DNA of 44,392 bases from a virus (IMGVR_UViG_3300025844_000379:1-44392); one strand, 5' to 3'. Shown: positions 9,513-19,311, numbered from the stretch's first letter. Numbers and translations are program-made. Notes: a model not told the origin generated them from the sequence alone.

Positions 9513-9627
9513 AATTAAAAATTTCTTTGTATCAATATTGCAAATAATGATACGATCTAGAGAAATGAAAGCCAAAGCGTATGTGGACTATTACAAAAAA
9601 CATGGATATTGTCCGTTCTGGGAGTGA
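9502..9627 (+). CDS. 41-aa protein MLSKIKNFFVSILQIMIRSREMKAKAYVDYYKKHGYCPFWE (not in the ORF track)
   Basis: AGGAG RBS; overlaps the previous stop. Confidence 0.6.
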   Translation: MLSKIKNFFVSILQIMIRSREMKAKAYVDYYKKHGYCPFWE

Positions 9628-9633
9628 AACAAC

Positions 9634-9969
9634 TTATTCACCACCAAAAACCAATATAATTTGAATAAGATCAATTTCTTTTTTAAATCCAATATAAATA
9701 TTAGACCCTCGGTGAAAAAAAATCGGAGGGTCTAATTTATTTTCTCTACACCAATTAATAATTAATTTTTGATTTTTGGTTATTATATGTTGAGAAGGAT
9801 ACTTTTTATCTAAATAAGCATCAGAAATTTGATCCAAAAGATAGTAAAAATTTGTCATCAATAACATAAAATACATAGTTATAAAATATAGTATACCCAT
9901 AAAAGCATACATTATAATTACTATTTTAATGAAAAACATAACTTTTAAAAAATTTATATATCTTTTCAT
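9634..9969 (-). CDS. Membrane protein with a paralogue-family C-terminal domain, in frame with the upstream intein fragment
   Basis: ATG 9969, hydrophobic N-terminus, then INWCREN...IGFKKEIDLIQIILVF. Confidence 0.55.
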   Translation of the reverse strand: MKRYINFLKVMFFIKIVIIMYAFMGILYFITMYFMLLMTNFYYLLDQISDAYLDKKYPSQHIITKNQKLIINWCRENKLDPPIFFHRGSNIYIGFKKEIDLIQIILVFGGE

Positions 9970-10275
9970 TTTATTATTTATTTTTAATAGTAAATATTCT
10001 CTAGTTAAATCTTTAGCTTGAAGCCATTCAGCATATTCATGTATATTATTATCATTTACTATATCTTTATATTTTTTATTTAAAACATAGTACTCATGAG
10101 TTTTAGTAGATTTTACACCATTAATAGAAATTAAACTTTTATTTTCTTTAAATTTAAAAGTTTTACTAACTTTTTTCCAATTATTTTTATGAGTTTTAAC
10201 TTCATCACCAACTTGTATTTTATCTATTGGTTTTAATCCGGTCCTGGTTAATACCAAAGTTCAGGCAATAAAGCA
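9970..10275 (-). mobile_element. Split-intein N-fragment (IMPDH-1-like) containing an in-frame TGA
   Basis: CFIA*TLVLTRTGLKPIDKIQVGDEVKTH...INGVKSTKTHEYYV...WLQAKDL (blocks A and B); no C-terminal HN block nearby. Confidence 0.85.
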
Positions 10276-10839
10276 GCCCGGACCAATACCAACCTTGGCA
10301 ATATCTGCACCGGCCAAAATCAATTCCTCTGCCATTTCTGCTGTAACAATGTTTCCGGCCATTATGGTTTTATCAAAGAATTTTTCTCTAAATTTTTTCA
10401 CTGAATCAACAAAATGCCGGGTGTAACCATTGGCCACGTCCAAGCATACGTTTTGGATAGGACTATAACCTAAAGTATTGATTAATATACTATTTAATTC
10501 AACAAACTTGCCCAAATCCGCAGACGAACTACCGAGAGTATAAAATACATATATCCCCAATCCAGCATAGTTTATAAAAAAATCACTCAATTGATCAATG
10601 GTGTAATGTTTGTGTATAGCAGTATATATATGTTCGCCAGATAGTGATTTGGCCATATCAAACGTGCCAATACTATCCATATTGGCCGCTATAATCGGAA
10701 TACCGGACATAACTTTGTTTGAAAATTTCGTAGTGAAAATTCTATCTAAATTTACTTCTTCTCTGGAACTTAACGTTGACCTTTTTGGTCGAATTAATAC
10801 ATCTTCAAAATCTAGTTTTGGGTCCGTCTCAATTCGCAT
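10261..10839 (-). pseudogene. guaC: GMP reductase N-terminal half (N-extein), ending at GIGPG|intein
   Basis: [50 protein letters not shown]; the catalytic SVCTTR half is absent from the window. Confidence 0.85.
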
Positions 10840-10896
10840 GTTTAAACTCCAGTAATATTCTTATTATTATAATACAGAATTGTTCATTAATTTTCA

Positions 10897-12375
10897 TTAA
10901 TATTTTTGATATAATGTCTTAAGTTCTTCTGACGTGCCAGGCATTTCTGAATATTTTTTAATTGAACAATAACTTGATGGTGCTGCTCGACCTTCTACTG
11001 CATCAATATACATAGAAAATTTTCCTTCCGGGCTGGATATCAATTTATTTGATATACCCAATTCTCGTAAGAATTTTTTAAATTTACTCACAAAGGCAGT
11101 ATCAACGGCCAAAAACTTAACTTCCGAATAATAATATTTTTTTTCAACGATTGACAGCTTGAGTAGCAATAATACTTGATCAATAGGATAAGGAGTATAA
11201 TCCTTGCCAAAACCAACTTTTTTATATCCCAATAGTAGAACATTTAATCCCTTAGTCCATGCTGCAATCAATAGTCTAGCGGTTTCTTCCTGAGGAGAAG
11301 CACCAATTACGTGTTGCGCCAATATAGAAATATTATTTTTTCTATTAAATTTTGCTGTATCATTTACTACTTCGTTTATTTTAATTACTTTGTTCAAATC
11401 CTTTTCTGACAACACGGATACGCCTATTGCGGAAACATATTTTCTAACCGCATTCACAATCTGTTCGTCGTTTAACCACTTCACAGAAAAGGTGGTAAAA
11501 TTAACTACCATACCTTTTGAATCAATATATTCAAGTATTTCAACAAAATTTGGATGAGTCGTGGGTTCTCCTCCCCCAAGTGCAATTTCCATCACTTTGA
11601 GGTCGGCCATCATATCAACATAATGCTTAATTCTTTCAAGAGAAGCATGAACACCCTCTTTTGTGCTGCCCATGTAACAAAATGAACAGCCATATGGGCA
11701 GAACTGTGTGATTTTTAAGTCAACCAATTCGGGTGTGGTGGATTTTTTATAAGGGGCAACACCGTCTTTAAGAGAAACACGTATCTTTGTACCACTCATT
11801 TTAGAGAAGAAGGTATAATAATCGCCATCTTTTCTTATCATCTTTTTAGAAAGTGGATAATCTACACCCAATGTATCATTAATAATATAATCCAGTTTGG
11901 CGTTTGTGGGCATATGCGGATTGCCATCAGAATTATCATTCCCACCAAAAATTACTATTTCATCTTTTGATAAGTATTCACGTAAATCATGCATGAATGA
12001 AATATAATCAGACGAAGTTATATCCACCCCATCCATACACCACACGCTTTGGTGATCAACCCCCAAAGAAATATATTCGTCGCCTTGTAAGCCATTTGCT
12101 TTATAATCAGATATATTTACGCCGGTGATATCATAAATTATCTGTATTGCTACATCGTCATCAACAGTTCTATTCAATGCAGTGTATAATTGGGCCGCAA
12201 AATATTCCATTTTAGAATCAACAGTTGTCAATACAAAATTATCCCAACCGTAAATTGTATCATCATTATACCTTTGGGGGATGGTCCCCACTAACGGTTT
12301 TGGGATAATTACAACCGAATGAGTGCTGGATGAGTTGGTTGCGAACCCTGCACGAATATTATGTATTTTTATCAT
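10897..12375 (-). CDS. Radical SAM protein with an N-terminal 'IRxGFxTNSSS' domain
   Basis: CPYGCSFCY, GGGEPT, FTT; N-terminal GFATNSSSTHS. Confidence 0.85.
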   Translation of the reverse strand: MIKIHNIRAGFATNSSSTHSVVIIPKPLVGTIPQRYNDDTIYGWDNFVLTTVDSKMEYFAAQLYTALNRTVDDDVAIQIIYDITGVNISDYKANGLQGDEYISLGVDHQSVWCMDGVDITSSDYISFMHDLREYLSKDEIVIFGGNDNSDGNPHMPTNAKLDYIINDTLGVDYPLSKKMIRKDGDYYTFFSKMSGTKIRVSLKDGVAPYKKSTTPELVDLKITQFCPYGCSFCYMGSTKEGVHASLERIKHYVDMMADLKVMEIALGGGEPTTHPNFVEILEYIDSKGMVVNFTTFSVKWLNDEQIVNAVRKYVSAIGVSVLSEKDLNKVIKINEVVNDTAKFNRKNNISILAQHVIGASPQEETARLLIAAWTKGLNVLLLGYKKVGFGKDYTPYPIDQVLLLLKLSIVEKKYYYSEVKFLAVDTAFVSKFKKFLRELGISNKLISSPEGKFSMYIDAVEGRAAPSSYCSIKKYSEMPGTSEELKTLYQKY

Positions 12376-13025
12376 TAAAATTCTCCATAATAGTATAATT
12401 CAGAATATGGGTTCGTGTTTGTTGCATTGGTATTGGCGATATACGAATATACTTCCATCATAGTTTGCATTTGCATTAATTTATGTTTCTTTTCACTATT
12501 TGTATTATTGTTTTCTTCATCAATAAATCTTTGATAATTAGCAGAACGATAATATTTATGGCCATCTGTGCTAATTAATAATTCGTTGGCTTTGGCCCAT
12601 TTAGGGTTCACATAATGAGCATGATAATGAGTAGCGCCGCTTGATTTATCCTCAACATACCCCGCTCGCATTAAAACACTTATACGGACAATTTCATTCC
12701 AAATTCTTACATCATTATTATTTGCAAATTCAATACGATCGGGTTTCCCGTCATCTGTCCATGAAAATTGAGAAGGTTCCCAAACAACTTCACATATAGT
12801 TTCAGAATATCTTCGATCTCTAACTCTGTTCATCGTGGTCATTCCAACCAAGGTTTGGTCTTCAATTGAAGTACTTCTGGCTTCAAACCAAATATTTTGT
12901 GCCAAACAAAAAGTTTCTTGAGCATCCATTTTTTCTAGTTCAATTTCATATAATGGATTTTCAGCTATAAGCGATGTGGCCATCATGATCATGGCCCCTA
13001 AAGTTTCCGTATATCCAGAAATCAT
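12375..13025 (-). CDS. SleB-like cell wall hydrolase (Hydrolase_2)
   Basis: CLAQNIWFEAR, NRV, ICEVV, QFSW, GATHYHAHYVNPKWA, HKYY. Confidence 0.9.
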   Translation of the reverse strand: MISGYTETLGAMIMMATSLIAENPLYEIELEKMDAQETFCLAQNIWFEARSTSIEDQTLVGMTTMNRVRDRRYSETICEVVWEPSQFSWTDDGKPDRIEFANNNDVRIWNEIVRISVLMRAGYVEDKSSGATHYHAHYVNPKWAKANELLISTDGHKYYRSANYQRFIDEENNNTNSEKKHKLMQMQTMMEVYSYIANTNATNTNPYSELYYYGEF

Positions 13026-13040
13026 TGAATTTTCCTCTTT

Positions 13041-13232
13041 TTATTTAACAAAACAACTAAATTCCATACCGTGCAGTTTGCCTATATATGGAGCAGTCCG
13101 TTGTGTTCTAGTTAACACAAGGCGCACTACGGTGTTTTCTATAACAACTACCATTTTATTATCAGTTTTACTAATAATGTCAGCATTCATAGAATTACCA
13201 TTGTTAACAGATGTGATAATTACCTGTGTCAT
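13041..13232 (-). CDS. Small hypothetical protein
   Basis: AAGGAG RBS and an upstream promoter. Confidence 0.65.
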   Translation of the reverse strand: MTQVIITSVNNGNSMNADIISKTDNKMVVVIENTVVRLVLTRTQRTAPYIGKLHGMEFSCFVK

Positions 13233-13254
13233 ACGTCGCTACTCCTTTGCTTCG

Positions 13255-13284
13255 ATATAATATAACATTCCTGTAACATGTCAA
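13255..13284 (-). promoter_or_regulatory. Sigma70-like promoter
   Basis: TTGACA, about 16 nt, TATTAT. Confidence 0.55.
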
Positions 13285-14435
13285 GCTGTTTTTTCCGTAA
13301 CTTTTGCTCGTGTAATAATAGTTTCTTTATTATTTTTGAAAGTATTGTGTGCAATAATTTTAGCTGACACAAGATATTGTTTATCAACGGTTAAACTTGC
13401 CTTACCATGATTAAACCAAACATAAACATTGCCCATACTATCTATGAATTTGTTGATAGTAGAATTAGCGGTGGTAAATACTTTGAATAATGTAGCATCA
13501 ATATCAATCTTATCACCAATTTTGCCTTGGTGCGTGGATTGTGATACATCTACGCCAGTTTTTTTAGCAAACTTGTTTTGATAAGCGCGCACCATTCCAG
13601 CAATTAAGTTATCATCCGAAGTTTTTGCCATACCGTCTCGTGCAATAACTCTAATATTATTCAAAAAATTGTTTCCAGAAATTTCCACATCAGGCAAACC
13701 ACTAGCCCAAGCGATAATTTGATCGGCTTCTGTTGCATAATTCGCATTTATTGTTGAATTATTATAAAGCAAGTGTGCCAAATATGCAGTAGATTTATAA
13801 TATTCATTATTTTCCTTAGCTTGTGTGGCACTATACCAACCATGATTCGCAATCGTTTCAAGTGTAGCCATAATAAAATCTCTAACAAAAATATAACCAA
13901 CATATGTGGTGTTAATAGTATGGCTATAATCTTTGCATGATTTGCGAACTTGATGAATCGTTTCATAATATTTGGCTATTTTTGCAGGCGTAACCGCGTT
14001 AATGAATTTGTTGATACATGAACTACCAACAATCTTATATTCGTTATCTTTTAGAATAACATAGCCGGTTTTTCTATATCTAGTATGGTTGCAATGTTCG
14101 CATACACTACCAATAGTTTGATATATTTCAGGAACAGCCTTATTTGGTGAATTATATATCAGATTACCATTTATTCTATCATAATCAACTTTAGCAATGA
14201 ATTCCCACCCCTCGAAGGTGGGCACTTCTCCGGAGATCATGATTTCCCAAACTCTATTCACATAATTATTGCTATCACGAGTATCCTTGAAACCAATTAC
14301 CATCATAAAGATTCTAGGTAATCCAATTTTTTCATTTTTATCAGAAAGGCTTTCAATTTTTTTCTTGAGTATTTCGTAATTTTCCCGAGGAATATTAAAA
14401 ATAAAATCTAATTGATCTGTCATCACACCCTCCAT
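13281..14435 (-). CDS. Conserved phage protein with a CxxC motif and a probable C-terminal OB fold
   Basis: CEHCNHTRYR, VGSSC; C-terminal GKIGDK...FIDSMGNVYVW...TIITR. Confidence 0.65.
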   Translation of the reverse strand: MEGVMTDQLDFIFNIPRENYEILKKKIESLSDKNEKIGLPRIFMMVIGFKDTRDSNNYVNRVWEIMISGEVPTFEGWEFIAKVDYDRINGNLIYNSPNKAVPEIYQTIGSVCEHCNHTRYRKTGYVILKDNEYKIVGSSCINKFINAVTPAKIAKYYETIHQVRKSCKDYSHTINTTYVGYIFVRDFIMATLETIANHGWYSATQAKENNEYYKSTAYLAHLLYNNSTINANYATEADQIIAWASGLPDVEISGNNFLNNIRVIARDGMAKTSDDNLIAGMVRAYQNKFAKKTGVDVSQSTHQGKIGDKIDIDATLFKVFTTANSTINKFIDSMGNVYVWFNHGKASLTVDKQYLVSAKIIAHNTFKNNKETIITRAKVTEKTA

Positions 14436-14507
14436 TTATTCTAAAATACAACATTTCATAAAGATGTCAACTATAAATAACATTATTACCACATATTGGG
14501 AGAGATT

Positions 14508-15989
14508 ATGGCGTTAGCCGGCAAGCAAGTTAAAAATACATATCAAGGATTATTAATACTTAACAGCAATAATCAAGGTTTAACCACGACGGCGCAATCA
14601 GTTAAAGACGGACTAGATATAGCAAGTCCACTATCTTTGGCGACCGATAAAGTCTTAATTCACGGAAATGCATATCCTGCGGGGTCCGGCGTTACTGGCC
14701 AAGTAATCACCACCGATGGCGCGGGTGAATTAAGTTGGAGTACCGTGTTAACTGAAGTTTCTGGTGATGTTAAATATGCTAGATTAAATTCTGAAAATAA
14801 TTTTACGGCTCCTAATAATTTTTTTAATCAAAGAGTAGCAGCGACTAATTCAGCCTTTTCTAACTTTGATTTAGTAGTCACTAATGCACCGTTAAATCAA
14901 AAATTTATAAGAATAACAGCAGCTCTTTCAGCCACAAGCGATGACAGACGCGGAGCATTAACTTTTGAATATATAAATGATGATTACACATCATCGTCAG
15001 TTGGAATATTACAACAATTTTTGAGATCAGGAAATGTTGCCACACAAGTAGTATTTTATATCAATAACATTGATGCAGCATATATTGATCCGGCAGGTAC
15101 TTCAACCCCATCAACTAAAACTATTATTACCAGAGAAAAGGGCGATGCAAGATACGCTCAATTAAATCAAACAGTTAATTTTACTTCACTGCAATTAGGC
15201 AATATTTCAAATAAACATATATTCTTTGATGGTGTTCAAAATGGAATTAGAGGCATTGCAATATCAGTTAGTGGTGTGTTAGCCGGGATAATTCAACCTG
15301 CTGGTACTTCTACTCCTTCTACCACAACAATAATTACCAGAGAAAAGGGCGATGTACGATACGCTCAAATATCTGCGTTTAACATATTTTCAGAAAGACA
15401 ACGAATTTCGGCCACAATACCCACATTTGATTTTTATGAAACAGATCAAGCAGTTGATAATAAAACTTGGCGTTTGGTTGGATCTAATGGCGAATTTGGG
15501 ATACAAACCGTAAATGATACTTACACAGTAGCATCAGAAGGATATAAATTAGCCAGAACAGGCAATTCAGTAACTTCGCATAATTTTTATGTAGGAGGAG
15601 TGAACACTGCCACAATTACAAATACCGGTACTACTTCGCCATTATTATCTACTATTATTACCAGAGAAAAAGGCGATGCAAGATACACCCAAATAAGTTC
15701 AGATGAAAATTTGAAAGAAAACATCATTGGTGCAGTAAGTGCCTTGCCACTTATAGAAGCACTAAGACCGGTAATGTATAATTTTAAGGCAGATGCGTCA
15801 GCTAAACAGCATTTTGGTTTAATAGCGCAAGAAGTTCAACAGGTATTACCAAACGCAGTTCTACAAGGTGGCGAAGGTCTTGGTCTAGAACTTAAGGATT
15901 TGGTTGGATTGTTGATTAAAGCAAATCAAGAACTTAATACTAAACTTAATGATGCATTAGCTAGAATCAATATACTCGAAGGCAATTAA
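14508..15989 (+). CDS. Tail fibre protein with a C-terminal intramolecular chaperone (peptidase S74)
   Basis: GQVITTDGAGELSW, SSDENLKENI, LRPVMYNF, GLIAQEV, terminal coiled coil; late promoter at 14472. Confidence 0.85.
   Translation: MALAGKQVKNTYQGLLILNSNNQGLTTTAQSVKDGLDIASPLSLATDKVLIHGNAYPAGSGVTGQVITTDGAGELSWSTVLTEVSGDVKYARLNSENNFTAPNNFFNQRVAATNSAFSNFDLVVTNAPLNQKFIRITAALSATSDDRRGALTFEYINDDYTSSSVGILQQFLRSGNVATQVVFYINNIDAAYIDPAGTSTPSTKTIITREKGDARYAQLNQTVNFTSLQLGNISNKHIFFDGVQNGIRGIAISVSGVLAGIIQPAGTSTPSTTTIITREKGDVRYAQISAFNIFSERQRISATIPTFDFYETDQAVDNKTWRLVGSNGEFGIQTVNDTYTVASEGYKLARTGNSVTSHNFYVGGVNTATITNTGTTSPLLSTIITREKGDARYTQISSDENLKENIIGAVSALPLIEALRPVMYNFKADASAKQHFGLIAQEVQQVLPNAVLQGGEGLGLELKDLVGLLIKANQELNTKLNDALARINILEGN
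15123..15692 (+). repeat. Three near-identical direct repeats of about 39 nt encoding IITREKGDxRYxQ
   Basis: Copies at about 15123-15161, 15330-15368 and 15654-15692. Confidence 0.85.
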
Positions 15990-16345
15990 TCCCAATCAAT
16001 CTTAATTACTTCACAGTCTTTTGATTTAGCATAGGCACACATATCCGGTGTGCCTATTTTACCAGGAAATGCGATTACCAAATCGCATCCACTATCAAAC
16101 ATCTGTCTATTTCGTATGGGTCCTGCAGGATTTTTCTTAAGATGCCGATATTTGTCCCAATCTGCAGGAAAGTCTTCGCAACTTACTGCGCGGTCTTCAC
16201 ACCACTGTTTGGCTAGCGCATCGGCACCGTATGCTTCACCTTGTAAAATGGTTATTTGATCTTTTATGGGCAGCAGGATATCCAACACTTCATACAATCG
16301 TTTTTTGTTTGAATACGACCTACCACCACAAACAATTATTCGCAT
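15986..16345 (-). CDS. SLOG family protein (YspA/DUF2493-like)
   Basis: IIVCGGRSY, GEAYGAD, ADWDKY, AGPIRNRQM, AFPG..GT. Confidence 0.88.
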   Translation of the reverse strand: MRIIVCGGRSYSNKKRLYEVLDILLPIKDQITILQGEAYGADALAKQWCEDRAVSCEDFPADWDKYRHLKKNPAGPIRNRQMFDSGCDLVIAFPGKIGTPDMCAYAKSKDCEVIKIDWD

Positions 16346-16620
16346 TATGCCGTAGGGCGTTTCGCCGCTACTTGGTCCCTAAATGCTTCCAGCTCTTCAA
16401 GAGTAATAGCACCTGCGTGAAATTGACGAAGTTTTTGTTCTGTTTCTTCAATAACATTAACAGTTTCTTCCAATTGTTTTGCTCGCTCTGCCAAACTGGT
16501 ATCACCCTGCGAAGAATGCAATAAATTTGCTTCCTTAACAGCATCTGCAAGTTCGCGCATACTTTTTGAAAACTGCTTCATAGCCGAAAGTTGCTCAAAC
16601 CCATTAAAAACATTACTCAT
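16345..16620 (-). CDS. Hypothetical coiled-coil protein
   Basis: AGGAG RBS; coupled to the next gene. Confidence 0.65.
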   Translation of the reverse strand: MSNVFNGFEQLSAMKQFSKSMRELADAVKEANLLHSSQGDTSLAERAKQLEETVNVIEETEQKLRQFHAGAITLEELEAFRDQVAAKRPTA

Positions 16621-16629
16621 TATTTGCTC

Positions 16630-16872
16630 CTATCTATAATGATCATAATCTTCGGGTGTTACCATAATAACACCAATAAAAATAATCGCAACTATAAAAA
16701 ATAAGAGTATTAATATAAAAAGTAGTTCATACAAAAGAACAAGCGGCCAAAGAAAAATAACTATAAAAAACAAAGCGTTAACCCAAATGATGGGACCATA
16801 AAATATTAAATGAGTTAAAAGTCCAATGGAAAAATAAATTCCATAACTAAAGAGCAATTTTATCAAATTCAT
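16630..16872 (-). CDS. Small membrane protein
   Basis: Highly hydrophobic; ATGA overlap. Confidence 0.6.
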   Translation of the reverse strand: MNLIKLLFSYGIYFSIGLLTHLIFYGPIIWVNALFFIVIFLWPLVLLYELLFILILLFFIVAIIFIGVIMVTPEDYDHYR

Positions 16873-17114
16873 TTGGTAAATTCTTTTAAAAATTCATCAA
16901 CCATTAAATCGTCTGTTCTATTTTCACGGCTTAATTCATAATGTAAAACATCATGGCCATATAAAAATTTAAATTCTTTTAGAACTCGTTCTATTTTAAT
17001 TTCAATTTTGTGTTGTTTCATCAAACCGATTGCTTTAGTTACCGCGTGTCCACAATCATATCCTTCATCAATTAAATCTGCTATTTGATTAGCCCAATAG
17101 TTTGGAGATTTCAT
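16869..17114 (-). CDS. Hypothetical protein
   Basis: ORF in a co-directional run. Confidence 0.6.
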   Translation of the reverse strand: MKSPNYWANQIADLIDEGYDCGHAVTKAIGLMKQHKIEIKIERVLKEFKFLYGHDVLHYELSRENRTDDLMVDEFLKEFTK

Positions 17115-17134
17115 AAGTCACACTAACTCACTTT

Positions 17135-17479
17135 TTAAACAGATGCTTCGGTATTAAGCATATAAGAAAAATTTGTTTTTAGAAAATCTAACACCCTGTC
17201 TTCATCGGTATATAATCCAAGATAATTTATTTCCGGCATCCAGTCAATATGAATATATGGAGCGATTTTTGCTAAACCCATTAAAATTCGATTAGGGTGG
17301 GGCCAATCACAATCATTTTCCAAATATAAATCAAACCACCTAGCATTTAAACTGGTTTTCAACACTTTATTATATCTTACAAGATCTGCTTCTTTATAAT
17401 TTTCAACCATTTTACCAATGTCTTGACCTTCTTCCCAAGCACCAAAATCCATACCATAATTTAATACAATAAATTTCAT
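17135..17479 (-). CDS. Hypothetical protein
   Basis: GGAG RBS. Confidence 0.65.
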   Translation of the reverse strand: MKFIVLNYGMDFGAWEEGQDIGKMVENYKEADLVRYNKVLKTSLNARWFDLYLENDCDWPHPNRILMGLAKIAPYIHIDWMPEINYLGLYTDEDRVLDFLKTNFSYMLNTEASV

Positions 17480-17499
17480 ATTTTACTCCGTCTTATTAT

Positions 17500-17988
17500 T
17501 TATTTATCAACAATCTTGGTTGGTATAGTTCGTAAATCCAAACCATGCTTGCTATATATAATGCGCGATGGCGGATTTACAAACAATTTTTTAATATCAG
17601 TTGCTTGATAAACTTCAGGACAATTAGAAAATCTATCCGTAAAATCAGAAACAATACAAGGAACAGTTAAATCATGTTTTTGTGCAATAAAAAGTCTAGA
17701 TCCACCTAATAAATTACAAGTTAATTGATTTTTCCTAGCATATTCCGGCAAACTTAACCAATCATTTAGTCTTAATTTTCCTGAAACTATAGATATTGGA
17801 TTTTTAATTCCATCCAATAAAATACTTTGTTCAAGTTCATCAAACCAAGTTACCATTCTATCATACAGATACGCTCGCTTTGCCCGCCTTATTTCATTAT
17901 CATTCCAATCCCAGGGGCCAACATAATTATAAATTGATCTAGAAGAAAGTGTAACAAAACGTATTTTATACGGTAACGTTGCGGTCAT
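17500..17988 (-). CDS. ParB/Srx-like domain protein
   Basis: LEQSILLDGIKNPISI...GGSRLFIA...VPCIV. Confidence 0.55.
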   Translation of the reverse strand: MTATLPYKIRFVTLSSRSIYNYVGPWDWNDNEIRRAKRAYLYDRMVTWFDELEQSILLDGIKNPISIVSGKLRLNDWLSLPEYARKNQLTCNLLGGSRLFIAQKHDLTVPCIVSDFTDRFSNCPEVYQATDIKKLFVNPPSRIIYSKHGLDLRTIPTKIVDK

Positions 17989-18253
17989 TTAAATCAAATG
18001 TGACATTTTCAAAAAATCTAGCATTTGCCGGATTTGATAAAATAGATATTATATCAGTTGGCAACCCCGTAACCACCAATGATTTTAAATGAAAGAGTGG
18101 TTTATATTTTCCAATTCTTTTGAATAAAGCCAATAATGAATTAAAAGTATTATCTTCTAATTCTAAATCATCTATACAACGCACAGAAACCAATACTTCA
18201 TATTTTTTGCTTGGTAAATCGGTTAACACAGTAACCATTTCATTTAATTTCAT
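17966..18253 (-). CDS. Hypothetical protein with an MKLNE leader
   Basis: GGAGG RBS before ATG 18253. Confidence 0.6.
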   Translation of the reverse strand: MKLNEMVTVLTDLPSKKYEVLVSVRCIDDLELEDNTFNSLLALFKRIGKYKPLFHLKSLVVTGLPTDIISILSNPANARFFENVTFDLNDRNVTV

Positions 18254-18254
18254 T

Positions 18255-18869
18255 TTAACCTCCATATAGTTTCTTATTAGGAAACGGTATAATAATATTT
18301 AGTTGATTACGTGAACTAAACCGACTCCAAATTTTTAAATCCAAATCAGCAACAGTCATATCCCGCATTTCTGCTTCTTTGATAAAAATCTGTTCTAATT
18401 CTAAATAATTTTTAGGGAATAATTCTGTTTGATCGTGACCAATATGATTTAACCATTTTACTACATGAGTATCCAATACCGCTAATTTTTGATTGAGTCT
18501 TGAATGAACCAAAAAAAATCTAGCTGTTTTTCTACCAACACCAGGAATCTGTTCTAAATCCTGAACAGAACAACTTCGCAAATCTAGGGGATTTGTTAAA
18601 AGATAGTGAAAACTTTTTGTTAAAAGACCGTATTTTCCTGTTCTTGCTCTTTTCATATTTTCTAAAAGCGTATTTTTTAAGATCATATAACCAATTTTTT
18701 GGAACGGATATTCATATGGGAAATATTCTTCTGCTCCATTTAAAAAATTATCACAAGTTTTTGCAATAGTTTTAGCGGTTTTACCAGCAACCATAATACA
18801 AAATATTAAAAATTCCTGTAACTCAGCATCGCTTCTTTCAAAAACTGTTATTTTATATGGATCAATCAC
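18255..18869 (-). CDS. HhH-GPD superfamily DNA glycosylase (Ogg-like)
   Basis: LEQIPGVGRKTARFFL, AVLDTHV, YLELE, LDLKIW. Confidence 0.85.
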   Translation of the reverse strand: MIDPYKITVFERSDAELQEFLIFCIMVAGKTAKTIAKTCDNFLNGAEEYFPYEYPFQKIGYMILKNTLLENMKRARTGKYGLLTKSFHYLLTNPLDLRSCSVQDLEQIPGVGRKTARFFLVHSRLNQKLAVLDTHVVKWLNHIGHDQTELFPKNYLELEQIFIKEAEMRDMTVADLDLKIWSRFSSRNQLNIIIPFPNKKLYGG

Positions 18870-18946
18870 AACATAAATACCTTGTATTAAGTTTACTTTA
18901 ATACTATATTATTAATTGTGGTAACATGTCAAATAGGAGGATAAAA

Positions 18947-19087
18947 ATGTTTTCATTTCTTTTGGGATTAGTAGCAGCATTTGCTCTAGCAATTTACAAA
19001 CCAGAATGGTTTGCTTACGTCAAGGAGCAAATTGCTGGTGTGTTCACCAAAGCCGGTGTTGATGTACCTGGCGATAAGGACCAATAA
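18947..19087 (+). CDS. 46-aa membrane peptide (MFSFLLGLVAAFALAIYKPEW...)
   Basis: AGGAGG RBS; followed by a terminator. Confidence 0.7.
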   Translation: MFSFLLGLVAAFALAIYKPEWFAYVKEQIAGVFTKAGVDVPGDKDQ

Positions 19088-19096
19088 CGATGAATT

Positions 19097-19118
19097 AGGG
19101 GGCTTAGCGGCCCCCTTT
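19097..19118 (+). terminator. Rho-independent terminator
   Basis: AGGGGGC-TTAGCG-GCCCCCT followed by TT. Confidence 0.7.
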
Positions 19119-19311
19119 CTCTACCGATCTTACCCATATAAACATTAGTAAATAAACGACTCAACCTGCAGGATTTAGTACAAATATAAATAATGTTAAA
19201 ATTCTAACAAAATTTATATTTTCAATTTCGTGTATGACAATATTTCTACACACACACGATAAACAATTCCGGACAGTCAGTAATGTTCTACGTCTTGGTA
19301 CTTAGTAAAGT

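Noticed and set aside
10261-10263. Genome-wide TGA recoding (to Gly or Trp)
   Set aside because: Many genes end in TGA with tight coupling (e.g. 522-524, gmd, ATGA overlaps), and long conserved genes have no internal TGA
15123-15692. CRISPR array or DGR repeats
   Set aside because: The repeats are in-frame coding, spaced 200-330 nt apart, with no cas or reverse transcriptase gene in the window
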